A stretch of DNA of 64,000 nucleotides. Source: Escherichia phage naam. The translations under genes were made by a program, and so were the position numbers. Location of the stretch: sequence record MN850630.1, one strand, 5' to 3'. The notes beneath the pieces were generated by a model, which saw nothing but the letters and a program-made list of their open reading frames with translations, did no database searches and was not told the origin of the DNA. The first letter of the stretch is position 1. Every line of letters starts with the position of its first letter. Positions 1-10,235 of this stretch are shown piece by piece.

Positions 1-252
1 CGTGCCAAGTTTTCTGAGCGGCTGGATCCTGATAATTTAAAGTTCGACCCTGAATTGGAGGATGTTGTATACTACTTCGACACTGTGGATGACTACGATT
101 CGTGGTTTGCAGCAATGAATCATTTCCCTCAAGGTTCTGGTATGCGCCGAATGGAAGAAGATTATCCTCCGTGTGAGCAATTCAATAGCGCAATGACTTG
201 CCTCTATGATTGGGCAGATAAGAACCTTGTCTGGATTCGAACTGCATTCTAG
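1..252 (+). CDS. hypothetical protein, 5' partial (frame open to window start)
   Basis: Frame 1 is open from nt 1 to the stop at 250-252; track ORF 55..252 is the same frame from an internal TTG. Confidence 0.4.
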   Translation, partial: RAKFSERLDPDNLKFDPELEDVVYYFDTVDDYDSWFAAMNHFPQGSGMRRMEEDYPPCEQFNSAMTCLYDWADKNLVWIRTAF

Positions 253-267
253 CAGGTGGGGGCAGGG

Positions 268-561
268 ATGCCGCTTAGAAGAGTAATAAACATGTTATAC
301 CAGAAACACGAACTTTGTGCAGAAAAAGAGTTAAATTTTGACAAAGTTATCCACAAATATTGTTACGGGAAAACCGGAAGATACCTAAAAAGGTGCACTC
401 CAGCATTCTTTCACCCCAGCAGGCGACTAAGCCCTGAAGAAGCAACAGCAGAAAGGGTTGCATACAACTGGGAAGTTGTGTACGATATTGACAGATCCGA
501 TGTGACATCTGTTTTGGAAAACTTTGAAAACACTTACACACAAGTAGAGGACTTTTACTAA
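268..561 (+). CDS. hypothetical protein
   Basis: Track ORF 256..561; in-frame ATG at 268 follows a G-rich RBS; stop overlaps next start (TAATG). Confidence 0.5.
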   Translation: MPLRRVINMLYQKHELCAEKELNFDKVIHKYCYGKTGRYLKRCTPAFFHPSRRLSPEEATAERVAYNWEVVYDIDRSDVTSVLENFENTYTQVEDFY

Positions 562-1745
562 TGTCAAGAAACGTATTTGAAAGTGGTCAAATCACTGTCC
601 GTGAGTTGCCAGCCATCATTCAGTTTGCCCAGCGTCATAACCGATCTGTCCTGATTTTAGGACCAATGGGCGTGGGGAAGAGCCAGGTGATGAAGCAGAT
701 CGCTAATAATATGTTCGGTGAGCGAGATGACAACCTGGTTGACGTGCGGCTGTCAGATAAAGATCCTGCCGACTTATCTGGGCTACCTATCCCTGTAGAA
801 GCGGATGGAACTACACGTACAGTGTTTGCAATTCCAGAATTTTGGCCTGCAGATCCGGACTGGAGCGGAATTATCTTTCTGGATGAGCTCACTCATGCAG
901 ATAATTACCTGCAAAAGGTTGCAATGCAAATTATGCTCGACCACAAGTGCGGCACCTATGCATTCCCCAAGGGCTCTGTTTTTGTAGCTGCAGGTAACCG
1001 TTCTACAGATGGTGCGGTTCTCTCGGCGCTCGAAGCTCCTCTGGCTAACCGCTTTATCATTGTAGAGGTTACAAGCAATGCAGAGGTGTTTATTGAGGAC
1101 TACGCATTCCTCAACGGGGTGCACTCATCTGTAATTGGGTATCTGAAAAGAGTTCCATCAGCTATCGATAATTATGAGGCTATGGCTGAGATTAATTGTC
1201 CATCTTTTGCCACACCGCGATCTTGGGTTGCTGCATCTGACATCTTGCACGATTTTGACAGCGGTATTATTTCTGACGCTATGGCCCGTGTTCTTCTGCA
1301 AGGTGCTATTGGTCACACTGCAGCGGTAGAGATCTGGACTTACCACACTAAGAAACGCAACTTACCGGAAATCGGTCGGATTATGGCAGGGGGTTGCAAA
1401 GAATACGTAGGTCCTAAACAGCCAGACATCTTGTGGATTCTTGGGTCTGAAGGTTGTATCGCTATTCGTAATATGATGGAAAATGCAAGTATCTCTGACG
1501 AAGATCTTGTTAGCTGTGTGGCAAACTTCCTCGATTTCCTTTGGGAAAATTTCAAGGACGAGAACCGAGATTTTGTATTCTCAGTCTTTATGGCAATGAT
1601 GAAGCCTAATGCCTTAGGAAATGCCTTACTTATCGGTAAAGGGCGTGACAAGATTGTTGCTCAGCTGATCAAAGCATACCCAAACCTGATGAAGATTGTA
1701 AAAGAGTTTGGTGAAGAGTTTAGCGCCATTTTAGCTAAAGCTTGA
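561..1745 (+). CDS. AAA+ ATPase (MoxR/AAA_5-like)
   Basis: Walker A LILGPMGVGKSQ, Walker B IIFLDELTHA, sensor-1 VAAGNRS, arginine ANRF; 394 aa. Confidence 0.8.
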   Translation: MSRNVFESGQITVRELPAIIQFAQRHNRSVLILGPMGVGKSQVMKQIANNMFGERDDNLVDVRLSDKDPADLSGLPIPVEADGTTRTVFAIPEFWPADPDWSGIIFLDELTHADNYLQKVAMQIMLDHKCGTYAFPKGSVFVAAGNRSTDGAVLSALEAPLANRFIIVEVTSNAEVFIEDYAFLNGVHSSVIGYLKRVPSAIDNYEAMAEINCPSFATPRSWVAASDILHDFDSGIISDAMARVLLQGAIGHTAAVEIWTYHTKKRNLPEIGRIMAGGCKEYVGPKQPDILWILGSEGCIAIRNMMENASISDEDLVSCVANFLDFLWENFKDENRDFVFSVFMAMMKPNALGNALLIGKGRDKIVAQLIKAYPNLMKIVKEFGEEFSAILAKA

Positions 1746-1754
1746 GGAGGTTGT

Positions 1755-2135
1755 ATGGCTAAAGTAGGTAAGCGGGGAAACTACCTAGTGGTATTGACCG
1801 AGGAGCCGGAGAAGGAGTACGAATGCAGCTCCACTTGCGTGATCGATATCCGAGAAAAAGATGTAGATGAAATCTGGTTTGAAATACTAGACGCTTGCGA
1901 CAGCAGTGATTATTTCTTCATCTATGTCAACGATAAGGCTGGGTTCTTCCATGACGACGGAGAGTTGCCGTATGAAATCTATGAACTTGTAGAGGCTTGC
2001 CATCGTGGAGATGCGGAGTTGTTTGGCCTACGGCTGAAAAGCGGTAAATTCTTCTATCAAGATGAGTGCATGAATCTTCATAACTTTGTAGAGGGAACTT
2101 GCAACGATGGAGAGATTTTGGCACACTACGATTAA
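1755..2135 (+). CDS. hypothetical protein
   Basis: ATG preceded by GAGGAGG; 126 aa; followed by an intrinsic terminator. Confidence 0.6.
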   Translation: MAKVGKRGNYLVVLTEEPEKEYECSSTCVIDIREKDVDEIWFEILDACDSSDYFFIYVNDKAGFFHDDGELPYEIYELVEACHRGDAELFGLRLKSGKFFYQDECMNLHNFVEGTCNDGEILAHYD

Positions 2136-2147
2136 TTTCTAAGACCT

Positions 2148-2175
2148 CCCCCGCTTCGGCGGGGATTTTCTATTT
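2148..2175 (+). terminator. rho-independent terminator (hand-located, +/- few bp)
   Basis: Stem tccccgc / gcgggga with ttcg loop, then T-tract ttttctattt, directly after the 1755..2135 stop. Confidence 0.6.
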
Positions 2176-2184
2176 GGAGTCATT

Positions 2185-2685
2185 GTGAAAATTAAGATCT
2201 TTGCTATTATTTTGAGCGCACTTTTATCGCTGCCTGTTGTTGCAGCACCAAAACAAAAAGTATATCATACTTGCAAGCCATCAGATACTAAGGAAAACAT
2301 TCTGGCATGCAATATCTACAGGGAAGCTAGAGGAGATGGCACGATGGGTATGCTGGCATCTGGGTTTGCCACACTAAACAGGAAATCCCACCCTAAATAC
2401 CCAGACACTATAAGAAAGATTGTCTACCAACCTAACCAGTTTTCGTGGACAAACCACGGCAAAACTTTTAAGGTGACAGAAAAAGATTCATGGGATCACG
2501 CTAAAAGTCTTGCAAAGATGCTTCTAAAGGTCTATAATAACAACCATGTTGCATACATGGCTATGGACATAACAGGTGGAGCAACACACTACCATACAAC
2601 CAAAGTACGACCGAAATGGGCAAAAAAGATGCAGAGGACAGCTCAATTCGGGAGCCATATCTACTACAAGGAGCGCAATAAATGA
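2185..2685 (+). CDS. secreted cell-wall hydrolase, SleB/CwlJ-like
   Basis: GTG start after GGAG; N-terminal signal peptide KIKIFAIILSALLSLPVVAAP; core ACNIYREARGDG...TLNRKSHPKYPDTIRKIVYQPNQFSW resembles the SleB hydrolase signature. Confidence 0.65.
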   Translation: MKIKIFAIILSALLSLPVVAAPKQKVYHTCKPSDTKENILACNIYREARGDGTMGMLASGFATLNRKSHPKYPDTIRKIVYQPNQFSWTNHGKTFKVTEKDSWDHAKSLAKMLLKVYNNNHVAYMAMDITGGATHYHTTKVRPKWAKKMQRTAQFGSHIYYKERNK

Positions 2686-4664
2686 TCGTAAACAGTAATG
2701 AAACTAAAGCGGTACTAACCGGTAATATGGAGGTCACCAGGGGCTCAATTTCTCTGAACAAAGAGACTTTTGGGCTAATCATTAAAGGGATTTACGAAGA
2801 TAAGGTGCTGGCAAGCTGCCGTGAACCAATCTTCAATGCCGTGGACTCCCATGTTGAGTCTGGACGGGGTGATGTACCGATCATTATTCACTCTCCTACA
2901 GACCTTGAACCATACTTCTTTGTGCAGGACGTCGGATTGGGCATGTCAGAAGAGATGGTCCGCAACACTTTCATGAACCTCGGGGAGTCAACCAAGCGCA
3001 ACAGCAACGCTCTGGTAGGTAATAAAGGTGTTGGTTCAAAGGCTCCGTTCAGCATGGTGGACACTTTCGATGTTATCAGTGTGCACAATGGTGTTGAAAG
3101 CACATATCTATTGTTCTTGGATCAGGGTATCCCAAACGTTACCAAGATCCGTGAGCGGAAGACTGAAGAGCACAACGGGGTAAAAGTTCAGTTCCATGTT
3201 AAGAAAGAGCATGTCCTGAAATATCGCACTGCTATTGCATCGTGCTTACGCTATGCGAAGTTTCCGTTCATCGTCACCGATCCTATGACCAGTAAGATGT
3301 TAGAAGGTGACAAGGTTGAGGCACAGTATCATTACGAGAAGGATGGCTGGAAAATGACCATCCTGAAAGGTTATACCAGTTCTGATGAGAGCCGTGTTGT
3401 GATGGGTCACCAACCTTACCGCTCTAAGTTTCTGGAAACATTGACAGACTACCCTGCAATCTGCGTGGAAATTCCTATTGGGGATTGCAATATTAACCCT
3501 GGGCGTGAATGGACCATAGAGGGCCATGACGACGGTGGATTCCAGGATCGCCTGGAGGCATTTGTTAAAGAAGGTATACGTCTTCGCGGGGCAGAAGTTG
3601 TTGCAGAACTGGAGACGGCAAAAACCTCCGCAGAAGCACGTGAAATGATGAAGAATAGTGGAGTGTTCGGACACATCTTCGGCAAGAACTTTATGTGGAA
3701 CCGTTGGGAAGAAACAGGGCTTGGCGACTTAGGCGATTGTGAAATTTTCGCTGGCGGCTTAAATAAAGGCCGCATAGGCTATGCTCGTTACGGAAAGTCG
3801 GAGTTCTTACGAGGTGTATACCTTGTATTTAACGACGGAGACGGCAAATATAACCGGAATAAGTGTAACTACTTAAGCGAGATCACCGGACGCAACGTTT
3901 TCTATTGCCGGAACACGGATCTGGTGAAAGAGTTTAAAGAGGCGGCACACCATCCGTTCTTTGCAGATACGGTCAAATTGTTATCGGAGCTTCCACGCCG
4001 ACCTGCGAAGAAAGGTGAAACCAAAACTCGTTACGAGCCAGGCTACTGGGTTAAGAAGCTTAGAGAGGATGGCTACTTCCATCGTGAGCGCCTCACGAAG
4101 GCAGAGTTCAAGAAGATTAAGCATTGCATCCCTTATGAGGGGGATATCCAACGGGGAAGCTGCTGGCTGGGCCAGATGAGTAACATCTACCAGCAAAATT
4201 ATGACCGTGTGCGTGCTGCACTCCAGATTCCTGAAGGTGAAGATCTGTACCTGGTATCAGAATCTCGTCTGCTTTGGACTGATCCTGATTGCCAGTATGT
4301 TACAGAGAAGAATGTGGAACATTTGTTGAAAGAGGATGCTTGGAAATTCTTACTGACTCGCGCAGCAAATGAAACTTCATATGACAGCCTATATAGACAA
4401 TTAGGGAAAATTATCCCCATGCAGGATTTTGGAAATTATCGGCCACATTTCCACAAGTGGGAAGGTAACACCGCGTGGAAGCACAGTGAGCTAAATCATC
4501 GTGCCAAAATCTTAATCGCCAACCGGGTTAAGTGCGGGAAGGCCTATATTGCAAGATTGGAAAAGAAATATCCACTTTTGAAGCATGTGGGCTTGAAATA
4601 TTGGGACACTCCTGCTATGATTGAATACCGTGAACTGATCGATACAAAGAATAACATCAAATAA
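2682..4664 (+). CDS. rIIA: rIIA-like protein with N-terminal GHKL (Hsp90/MutL-type) ATPase domain
   Basis: Bergerat-fold motifs: N-box EPIFNAVDS, G1 VQDVGLGMS, NLGESTK, G2 GNKGVGSKAPF; 660 aa with a 401-aa partner immediately downstream, the T4 rIIA/rIIB arrangement. Assignment by inference. Confidence 0.5.
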   Translation: MIVNSNETKAVLTGNMEVTRGSISLNKETFGLIIKGIYEDKVLASCREPIFNAVDSHVESGRGDVPIIIHSPTDLEPYFFVQDVGLGMSEEMVRNTFMNLGESTKRNSNALVGNKGVGSKAPFSMVDTFDVISVHNGVESTYLLFLDQGIPNVTKIRERKTEEHNGVKVQFHVKKEHVLKYRTAIASCLRYAKFPFIVTDPMTSKMLEGDKVEAQYHYEKDGWKMTILKGYTSSDESRVVMGHQPYRSKFLETLTDYPAICVEIPIGDCNINPGREWTIEGHDDGGFQDRLEAFVKEGIRLRGAEVVAELETAKTSAEAREMMKNSGVFGHIFGKNFMWNRWEETGLGDLGDCEIFAGGLNKGRIGYARYGKSEFLRGVYLVFNDGDGKYNRNKCNYLSEITGRNVFYCRNTDLVKEFKEAAHHPFFADTVKLLSELPRRPAKKGETKTRYEPGYWVKKLREDGYFHRERLTKAEFKKIKHCIPYEGDIQRGSCWLGQMSNIYQQNYDRVRAALQIPEGEDLYLVSESRLLWTDPDCQYVTEKNVEHLLKEDAWKFLLTRAANETSYDSLYRQLGKIIPMQDFGNYRPHFHKWEGNTAWKHSELNHRAKILIANRVKCGKAYIARLEKKYPLLKHVGLKYWDTPAMIEYRELIDTKNNIK

Positions 4665-4674
4665 GGAGACCAAG

Positions 4675-5880
4675 ATGATTTTCATCTACGAACATTTCAA
4701 AACCCGTAAAGAAGCACGAGACCGCCGTGCAGAACTTGAGAAGAAGGGTTTCACATGTGCCATTGAGAAAGGCGACACAACCTGGACACTGGCAGTTGGT
4801 GCCCCAGAGTTGTTCGATCCTGACCGTGACAGCGTCTGCTACACCCGTGAGGATTTTGAAACCCGCGAAGAGGCCCGTTTATTTCGATACGGTCTGGAAG
4901 ATAACGGTAAGTACGCTATGATCTTAGATTTAGGCGAAGGTTCCGTTAAACGTTGGGGCGTGGTATACCCACTGTGTGTTGTTCACGGTGTGGGGTTCAC
5001 TGGGGTAGCAATCAAGTCAGAAGAACCTTTAGTAGAAGTCAAAGATCCGGTGCTGGAGGTGGTGAGCAGTGTGTCTCAGCAACAGACTCGAAGCATCGAG
5101 CCTTTGGTAGTTATTTGTGGGGAACTCCTCCAGATCACCTGCAACGAAGGCATTTTTGAAATTCGCCGCAGCGAAAGTGAGGAAGTTTACCAGAAAGTCT
5201 TCGACCATATCTCTGTTCAGGAATATGATGAGGCAATTGGTGAAATCCTTGTCTGGCTGGAACGCAAGAATGAGTTCACCACACTTGCAGACAACCTGAT
5301 CATGAAAGATGGTAAGCTCTACTACTACGGTGTAGAGATGCGATCCACCATTGCAAAGAAAATTGAGAAAGATTATGCAGACGGAACGCTGGATGACCGC
5401 TATGTGAAATTCCTCGTTCGCCTGCTACGCAATCCTTCTGCAAAATCTGTAAACATGCTCTACGATTTTATGCAGGCCAACGATATCCAGATTGCCGAAG
5501 ATGGTCGAATCATTTGCTACAAAGGGGTTCAGTTTAACGGCAGCAAGTGGGTGGATTGGCACAGTGGTAAAGTTCCACAATACCAGGGTGCTTTTGTATC
5601 CATGCCTCGTAACTTTGTAGAGGATGATCCGGAAGCTGCGTGCTCCTATGGCTTACACTGCGCCAGCAAAGAGTATGCAAAGAGCTACGGCACTGTAATG
5701 ACTGTTATGGTTGATCCTGCAGATGTGGTTAGTGTGCCATACCAACACAATAGCGCTAAGTGCCGTGCATGCCGCTATGAGATTGTGGTAGCTCCGGAAG
5801 CACGCAAAGATGGAGACCCTATTGAATATGTAGTTGATCGTGACGGTAACACTATCGACATTCTTTACGAGGAGGCGTAA
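4675..5880 (+). CDS. rIIB: putative rIIB-like partner protein
   Basis: Position directly after the rIIA-like gene, size 401 aa, AAGGAG RBS; no diagnostic motif recognised. Confidence 0.3.
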   Translation: MIFIYEHFKTRKEARDRRAELEKKGFTCAIEKGDTTWTLAVGAPELFDPDRDSVCYTREDFETREEARLFRYGLEDNGKYAMILDLGEGSVKRWGVVYPLCVVHGVGFTGVAIKSEEPLVEVKDPVLEVVSSVSQQQTRSIEPLVVICGELLQITCNEGIFEIRRSESEEVYQKVFDHISVQEYDEAIGEILVWLERKNEFTTLADNLIMKDGKLYYYGVEMRSTIAKKIEKDYADGTLDDRYVKFLVRLLRNPSAKSVNMLYDFMQANDIQIAEDGRIICYKGVQFNGSKWVDWHSGKVPQYQGAFVSMPRNFVEDDPEAACSYGLHCASKEYAKSYGTVMTVMVDPADVVSVPYQHNSAKCRACRYEIVVAPEARKDGDPIEYVVDRDGNTIDILYEEA

Positions 5881-7250
5881 TGGAAAAAGGGCAGTATGAT
5901 GTAGGCACAGATGCTGCCCTCGTTGCAATCATGAGCGGTGAGAATGTCTTCGTTTCAGGACCCGCAGGTTGTGGGAAGACGTACCTCATCAACATGATCC
6001 AGTCAATGTATGGAGACTCTTGCATAACGGTTGCCCCGACAGGGGTAGCCGCTTTAAACGTTAATGGAGCAACAGCACACCGAACCTTCGATCTTGCAGC
6101 AGGTGTGAGCATGGAGTCGGACTGGACCGCAATAAGGGCAAAAACAGCAAAGCCTTTGAAAAGCAAGGCATTTACCATCCTAATTATCGATGAAATCTCT
6201 ATGATCCGTGCTGATAAGTTTATAGAGATGGATAGGAAACTCCGCTTCCTTCGAAAAAATGACAAACCTTTCGGGGGCATACAGGTCATATTGTTTGGCG
6301 ATTTTTACCAGGCACCTCCTGTTGTCTCTTCTATGGAGAAGGAAGCCTACTTCAACTTCTACCATACGGACCTGTGTTGCTATACCGAATCTTGGAAAGA
6401 GCTTGACCTCCACAACATAGCCCTAATAGATCAGTTCCGACAGGAGTCTATTCGATTTGCTACAATGCTCAACTGTGTTCGTGAGGGTCGTCGCATAAAA
6501 GAGGTTGTAGCAGAACTTAATGCTCGCTGTTACAAAGGAGGTGTACCAACAGACGCTCTCACAATTTGCGCCACCAACAAACAAGCAGAGGAAGTGAACA
6601 GAAGGTTCTATGATGCCATCAACGCCCCAGAGAAGGTATACACTGGTGAAATGAAGGGTAAGTTTCCCTCCACCCTGCCAGTTGAGCAGGAGATGAAGTT
6701 GAAAATTGGCATGAAAGTTATGATAACCGCCAACGATGTTGACCCGACGCACAAAGTACCTTATTATGTTAACGGAACACGTGCCACAATTGTTAAATTT
6801 AAGAACAAGGCGGTGGTGGTAGAGCTTGAAGATGGAACACAGGTTGACATAGAGCAGAGGTTGTGGGAGAATAACGAGTATAAGCCATCTCAGAGATACA
6901 ACATTGCAGAAAGGAAGATGGAGAAGTTTATAGAGAGGGTAGTGATTGGGTCATACAAGCAACTTCCTCTGAAATCTGGGTACGCCGTAACATCTCATAA
7001 AAGTCAAGGACTTACACTAGATTGTTACAACCTAGACCTTGGAAAGAACGGAGCTTTCTCTCCTGGGATGACGTATGTCGCTTTGAGTAGAGTTAAGACA
7101 ATACAAGGGATAAACTTGTTGCGTCCACTAAGAGAAGTTGACATTATTGTTGACCCGCGAGTCGTAGAGTTTTACAATACAACATTCCCTGACTTAGACA
7201 AAATTGTCAGGAAAGATTTTGAAACCAGAGCCGAAGAGGGGGACGTATGA
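5880..7250 (+). CDS. SF1 DNA helicase (Dda/PIF1/RecD-like)
   Basis: Walker A VSGPAGCGKTYL, Walker B LIIDEISMI, ILFGDFYQAPPV, C-terminal SHKSQGLTLD and YVALSRVK motifs. Confidence 0.8.
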   Translation: MEKGQYDVGTDAALVAIMSGENVFVSGPAGCGKTYLINMIQSMYGDSCITVAPTGVAALNVNGATAHRTFDLAAGVSMESDWTAIRAKTAKPLKSKAFTILIIDEISMIRADKFIEMDRKLRFLRKNDKPFGGIQVILFGDFYQAPPVVSSMEKEAYFNFYHTDLCCYTESWKELDLHNIALIDQFRQESIRFATMLNCVREGRRIKEVVAELNARCYKGGVPTDALTICATNKQAEEVNRRFYDAINAPEKVYTGEMKGKFPSTLPVEQEMKLKIGMKVMITANDVDPTHKVPYYVNGTRATIVKFKNKAVVVELEDGTQVDIEQRLWENNEYKPSQRYNIAERKMEKFIERVVIGSYKQLPLKSGYAVTSHKSQGLTLDCYNLDLGKNGAFSPGMTYVALSRVKTIQGINLLRPLREVDIIVDPRVVEFYNTTFPDLDKIVRKDFETRAEEGDV

Positions 7251-7588
7251 GTTTGTGGAGAAATATAGTTAACTACGTGTGTGGCAATCCAACTCCTGAA
7301 GAGAAGGATGTTTTGATTCACGATTTTACTAAAAGATCCCGTGAAAAAGATCTACTGTTAACAAAGGTGACTGATAAAGACCCTGCAGTAGGGGACTGGG
7401 CAGGTTTTGCGTTTACATCGGACAAATACACCTTTAACAAAGGTGACTACCTTGTTGTGGATTTTAACGAAGACATCGAGGGTGCTGAACCTTACTATCA
7501 GACCCTTATTGTTGCAGGGTGTGTTAATCTATCTTCAGGCATGCACAGTTTGATTCTTTTTGAGCTTGACTCTGAAGACCTTGAGTAG
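7247..7588 (+). CDS. hypothetical protein
   Basis: ATGA start/stop overlap with the helicase gene; 113 aa. Confidence 0.55.
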   Translation: MSLWRNIVNYVCGNPTPEEKDVLIHDFTKRSREKDLLLTKVTDKDPAVGDWAGFAFTSDKYTFNKGDYLVVDFNEDIEGAEPYYQTLIVAGCVNLSSGMHSLILFELDSEDLE

Positions 7589-7649
7589 TAAGATGTGAGT
7601 ATAAAGGGGAGGCCTCCTCCCCACAAAAAACTAAGGAGAGCACCAAACG

Positions 7650-8975
7650 ATGAGCAAAACCAAATTAGAACTTACCTGGATAGGTAAAAACGAGCGCAAA
7701 AAGTTAGAGCCGCACATTTTATTAGAAGATTCTAGCAAGTCTTACCGCAGCCAGAAAGTGACCGAAAACGATATTTTTGATAATAAACTGATTTTTGGAG
7801 ATAACTTATTAGCATTGAAGGCGCTAGAGCAAGAGTATGCAGGCAAAGTGAAGTGTGTTTACATAGACCCGCCATTCAATACCGGGAGGGCTTTTGAGCA
7901 CTACGATGATAGCCTGGAGCATTCCATTTGGCTGGGCTTAATGAGGGATAGGTTAGAAATAATTCGTAATCTTCTAAGTGATGATGGGGTAATATTCGTT
8001 CACTTAGATGATTGCGAAATGGCGTATTTAAAAGTTTTGATGGACGAGATTTTTGGTCGTGCAAATCAGTTAAATACCATATCGATGACCACAAATTCCC
8101 CTTCGGGATTTAAGGCAACAGGAGCCACAGTTTTCTCCACAGCAAACTTTTTGCTTGTATATGCAAAAGATCGCACCCAGAAACCGCTTAACAAAATCTA
8201 TATACCTAAAGGGTACGATACAGGATATAACAAATACCTATTAAACCCGGATGACCATTATAAAAATTGGACGTGGTGCAGTATTGCCGATGCGTTTGCA
8301 AAGGCCAATGGCTATAAGGATGCAAAAGAAGCCAAGAAAAAACTACCTGACACATTCGATGATGAATTAGCACAATTCGCAATTGATAATGCAGAACGTG
8401 TATTTCAATCTGTTGCAATTGGTGGTGGTGCTAAAATAAAGAGAAAAGAAACTATCGAGAAGTCAAAGAAAGATAGGGATAAGGTTTATGTACATCCAAA
8501 TGAGGATGTTGAAGGATTTTATATCGCAAATGGTAGGCAAATGGTCTTTTACTCCAATAGACTTTTGGAAATTGACGGTGAGATGCAACCTGCGGAACTA
8601 ATAACTGATGTTTGGACTGATATTAGTTGGAATGGAATAGCAAATGAAGGCGGCGTCAGTTTCAAAAATGGGAAAAAACCAGAAGCGCTTTTGAAGCGGA
8701 TTTTAGAAATGTGTACGCGAGAAGGCGATTTGGTATTGGATTCATTCGGTGGTTCGGGAACTACTGCTGCTGTAGCTCACAAGATGAAAAGACGTTGGAT
8801 CTCAATCGAGCTAGGTGATCATTGTCATACCCATATTATTCCGCGCTTGGAAAAAGTGATCGATGGCGAAGATCAAGGCGGTATTTCTAAGTCTGTAAAC
8901 TGGAAAGGTGGTGGTGGCTTCCGTTATTACAAACTTACCCCGACCTTAATTGCGAAAGATAAGTCTGATCAATAA
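7650..8975 (+). CDS. DNA amino-methyltransferase (N6-adenine or N4-cytosine, beta class)
   Basis: Motif IV DPPF (IDPPFNTG) near the N-terminus and motif I FGGSGTTAAVA near the C-terminus; AAGGAG RBS; 441 aa. Confidence 0.8.
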   Translation: MSKTKLELTWIGKNERKKLEPHILLEDSSKSYRSQKVTENDIFDNKLIFGDNLLALKALEQEYAGKVKCVYIDPPFNTGRAFEHYDDSLEHSIWLGLMRDRLEIIRNLLSDDGVIFVHLDDCEMAYLKVLMDEIFGRANQLNTISMTTNSPSGFKATGATVFSTANFLLVYAKDRTQKPLNKIYIPKGYDTGYNKYLLNPDDHYKNWTWCSIADAFAKANGYKDAKEAKKKLPDTFDDELAQFAIDNAERVFQSVAIGGGAKIKRKETIEKSKKDRDKVYVHPNEDVEGFYIANGRQMVFYSNRLLEIDGEMQPAELITDVWTDISWNGIANEGGVSFKNGKKPEALLKRILEMCTREGDLVLDSFGGSGTTAAVAHKMKRRWISIELGDHCHTHIIPRLEKVIDGEDQGGISKSVNWKGGGGFRYYKLTPTLIAKDKSDQ

Positions 8976-8988
8976 AGAGTACAATCAA

Positions 8989-9294
8989 ATGATGAAACGT
9001 TATAAACCATACACTTTTGAAATCGATTTCGAACTTGACGATATGTTCACTGTGGAAGCTCAGGCAGTTGTCCAGTTGCCAGACCCAGCGTGCCGTGATT
9101 CTGATGTTGACTATTATGGATTTAGACAAATTACCGATGTGCATGTTTACCACAACGGTGAAGAGGTGGACTTCCACAAACTGCCAAACGATATGCGCCA
9201 CTCAATTTACAAACGTGCAGCCCGTGAACTAGAGTCCTATCTTGATGCAGCGACGACAGCAGCTGCATTTGCCGAAGAAGTGGGAGGTTTCTGA
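8989..9294 (+). CDS. hypothetical protein
   Basis: Track ORF 8950..9294; first ATG clear of the upstream methyltransferase gene is at 8989. Confidence 0.5.
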   Translation: MMKRYKPYTFEIDFELDDMFTVEAQAVVQLPDPACRDSDVDYYGFRQITDVHVYHNGEEVDFHKLPNDMRHSIYKRAARELESYLDAATTAAAFAEEVGGF

Positions 9295-9689
9295 TGATTA
9301 CAGGTGTGAAGATTATCCAATACCACTTAACCAAGTTGGAAGATGCTGAGAAAGAGCTTGCAGAAGTTCTGAACAGTGGATATACTTTGCTATCATGCGC
9401 CTGTTCAGACACCTACGCTGTGTGGACACTTATCCGGAAGGAAGAGCCTGCAGGGATCTTGGTGCCAAACCCTAAGATTATTAGTGAGGTGGATGACTAC
9501 CCCCAAGACGGCCTGCCAGAAGGCTGGGAAGTATGGGAAGGTGGTGAAAACCCTGCACCAGGTAAGTGGGTAAAATACAAACTACGTAGTGGTGCACAGT
9601 ACGCTGACTACTCTGATGACCTAGACTGGAGTCATTCTTCACCAGGATCGTCTGCAAGTTCATATGATATCGTTGCTTTTCAGGAATAA
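9294..9689 (+). CDS. hypothetical protein
   Basis: Coupled start (TGATG) with GGGAGG RBS; 131 aa. Confidence 0.55.
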   Translation: MITGVKIIQYHLTKLEDAEKELAEVLNSGYTLLSCACSDTYAVWTLIRKEEPAGILVPNPKIISEVDDYPQDGLPEGWEVWEGGENPAPGKWVKYKLRSGAQYADYSDDLDWSHSSPGSSASSYDIVAFQE

Positions 9690-9701
9690 GGAGAGAGTAC
9701 T

Positions 9702-10184
9702 ATGTCAGATTTTATGTGGAAAGTAGGCTATGCCACTCCTGAAATGTGCGAGGCTTGCTTTGTGAAAATAGGCCGCGAGGATATCGACAAAGTGATCCTT
9801 AAGTTTCGTGATGTGGCTGTGATCGGCAACCGGGTGCTTAAGCACTTAAAGAATCTGAAGCTCACTAAAAAGAAGTTCTTCGGACTTTTCGAAGAGAAAG
9901 TTGATGCTTGGACCCATTGCATTCAGGAAGCTAAATCTCACTACAGTGCTATCGTTACTCCAGAACGGGTAGCTAAGATGGAAGGATTCATCAACAGCAC
10001 AGAATTTGAGTGTCTGAAAGCTGCACTTGATAGTTATCCGAAATGCCTCAAGCACTTGGACAAGTATGCAGAAAAGGATGGGGAAATGTATCTAACCCTG
10101 GACGCATATTATGAGATGCAAGAAATTTTAAATTTAGATTTGACATTGGTATCCACCGAGTACACAATAGGTATCCGGGTTTAA
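9702..10184 (+). CDS. hypothetical protein
   Basis: AAGGAG RBS; 160 aa; followed by a terminator. Confidence 0.6.
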   Translation: MSDFMWKVGYATPEMCEACFVKIGREDIDKVILKFRDVAVIGNRVLKHLKNLKLTKKKFFGLFEEKVDAWTHCIQEAKSHYSAIVTPERVAKMEGFINSTEFECLKAALDSYPKCLKHLDKYAEKDGEMYLTLDAYYEMQEILNLDLTLVSTEYTIGIRV

Positions 10185-10190
10185 CACTAG

Positions 10191-10219
10191 GCCCTGCCCG
10201 AAAGGGTGGGGCTTTTTGC
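10191..10219 (+). terminator. rho-independent terminator (hand-located)
   Basis: Stem gccctgccc / gggtggggc with gaaa loop then TTTTT; same hairpin recurs at about 20.33 kb. Confidence 0.7.
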
Positions 10220-10235
10220 ATTAGGAGACAGCAAA

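Noticed and set aside
561-1745. vWA-domain partner for the MoxR-like ATPase (CobS/CobT or CbbQ/CbbO-type pair)
   Set aside because: No MIDAS motif (DxSxS) in the neighbouring large protein, which instead carries GHKL ATPase motifs.
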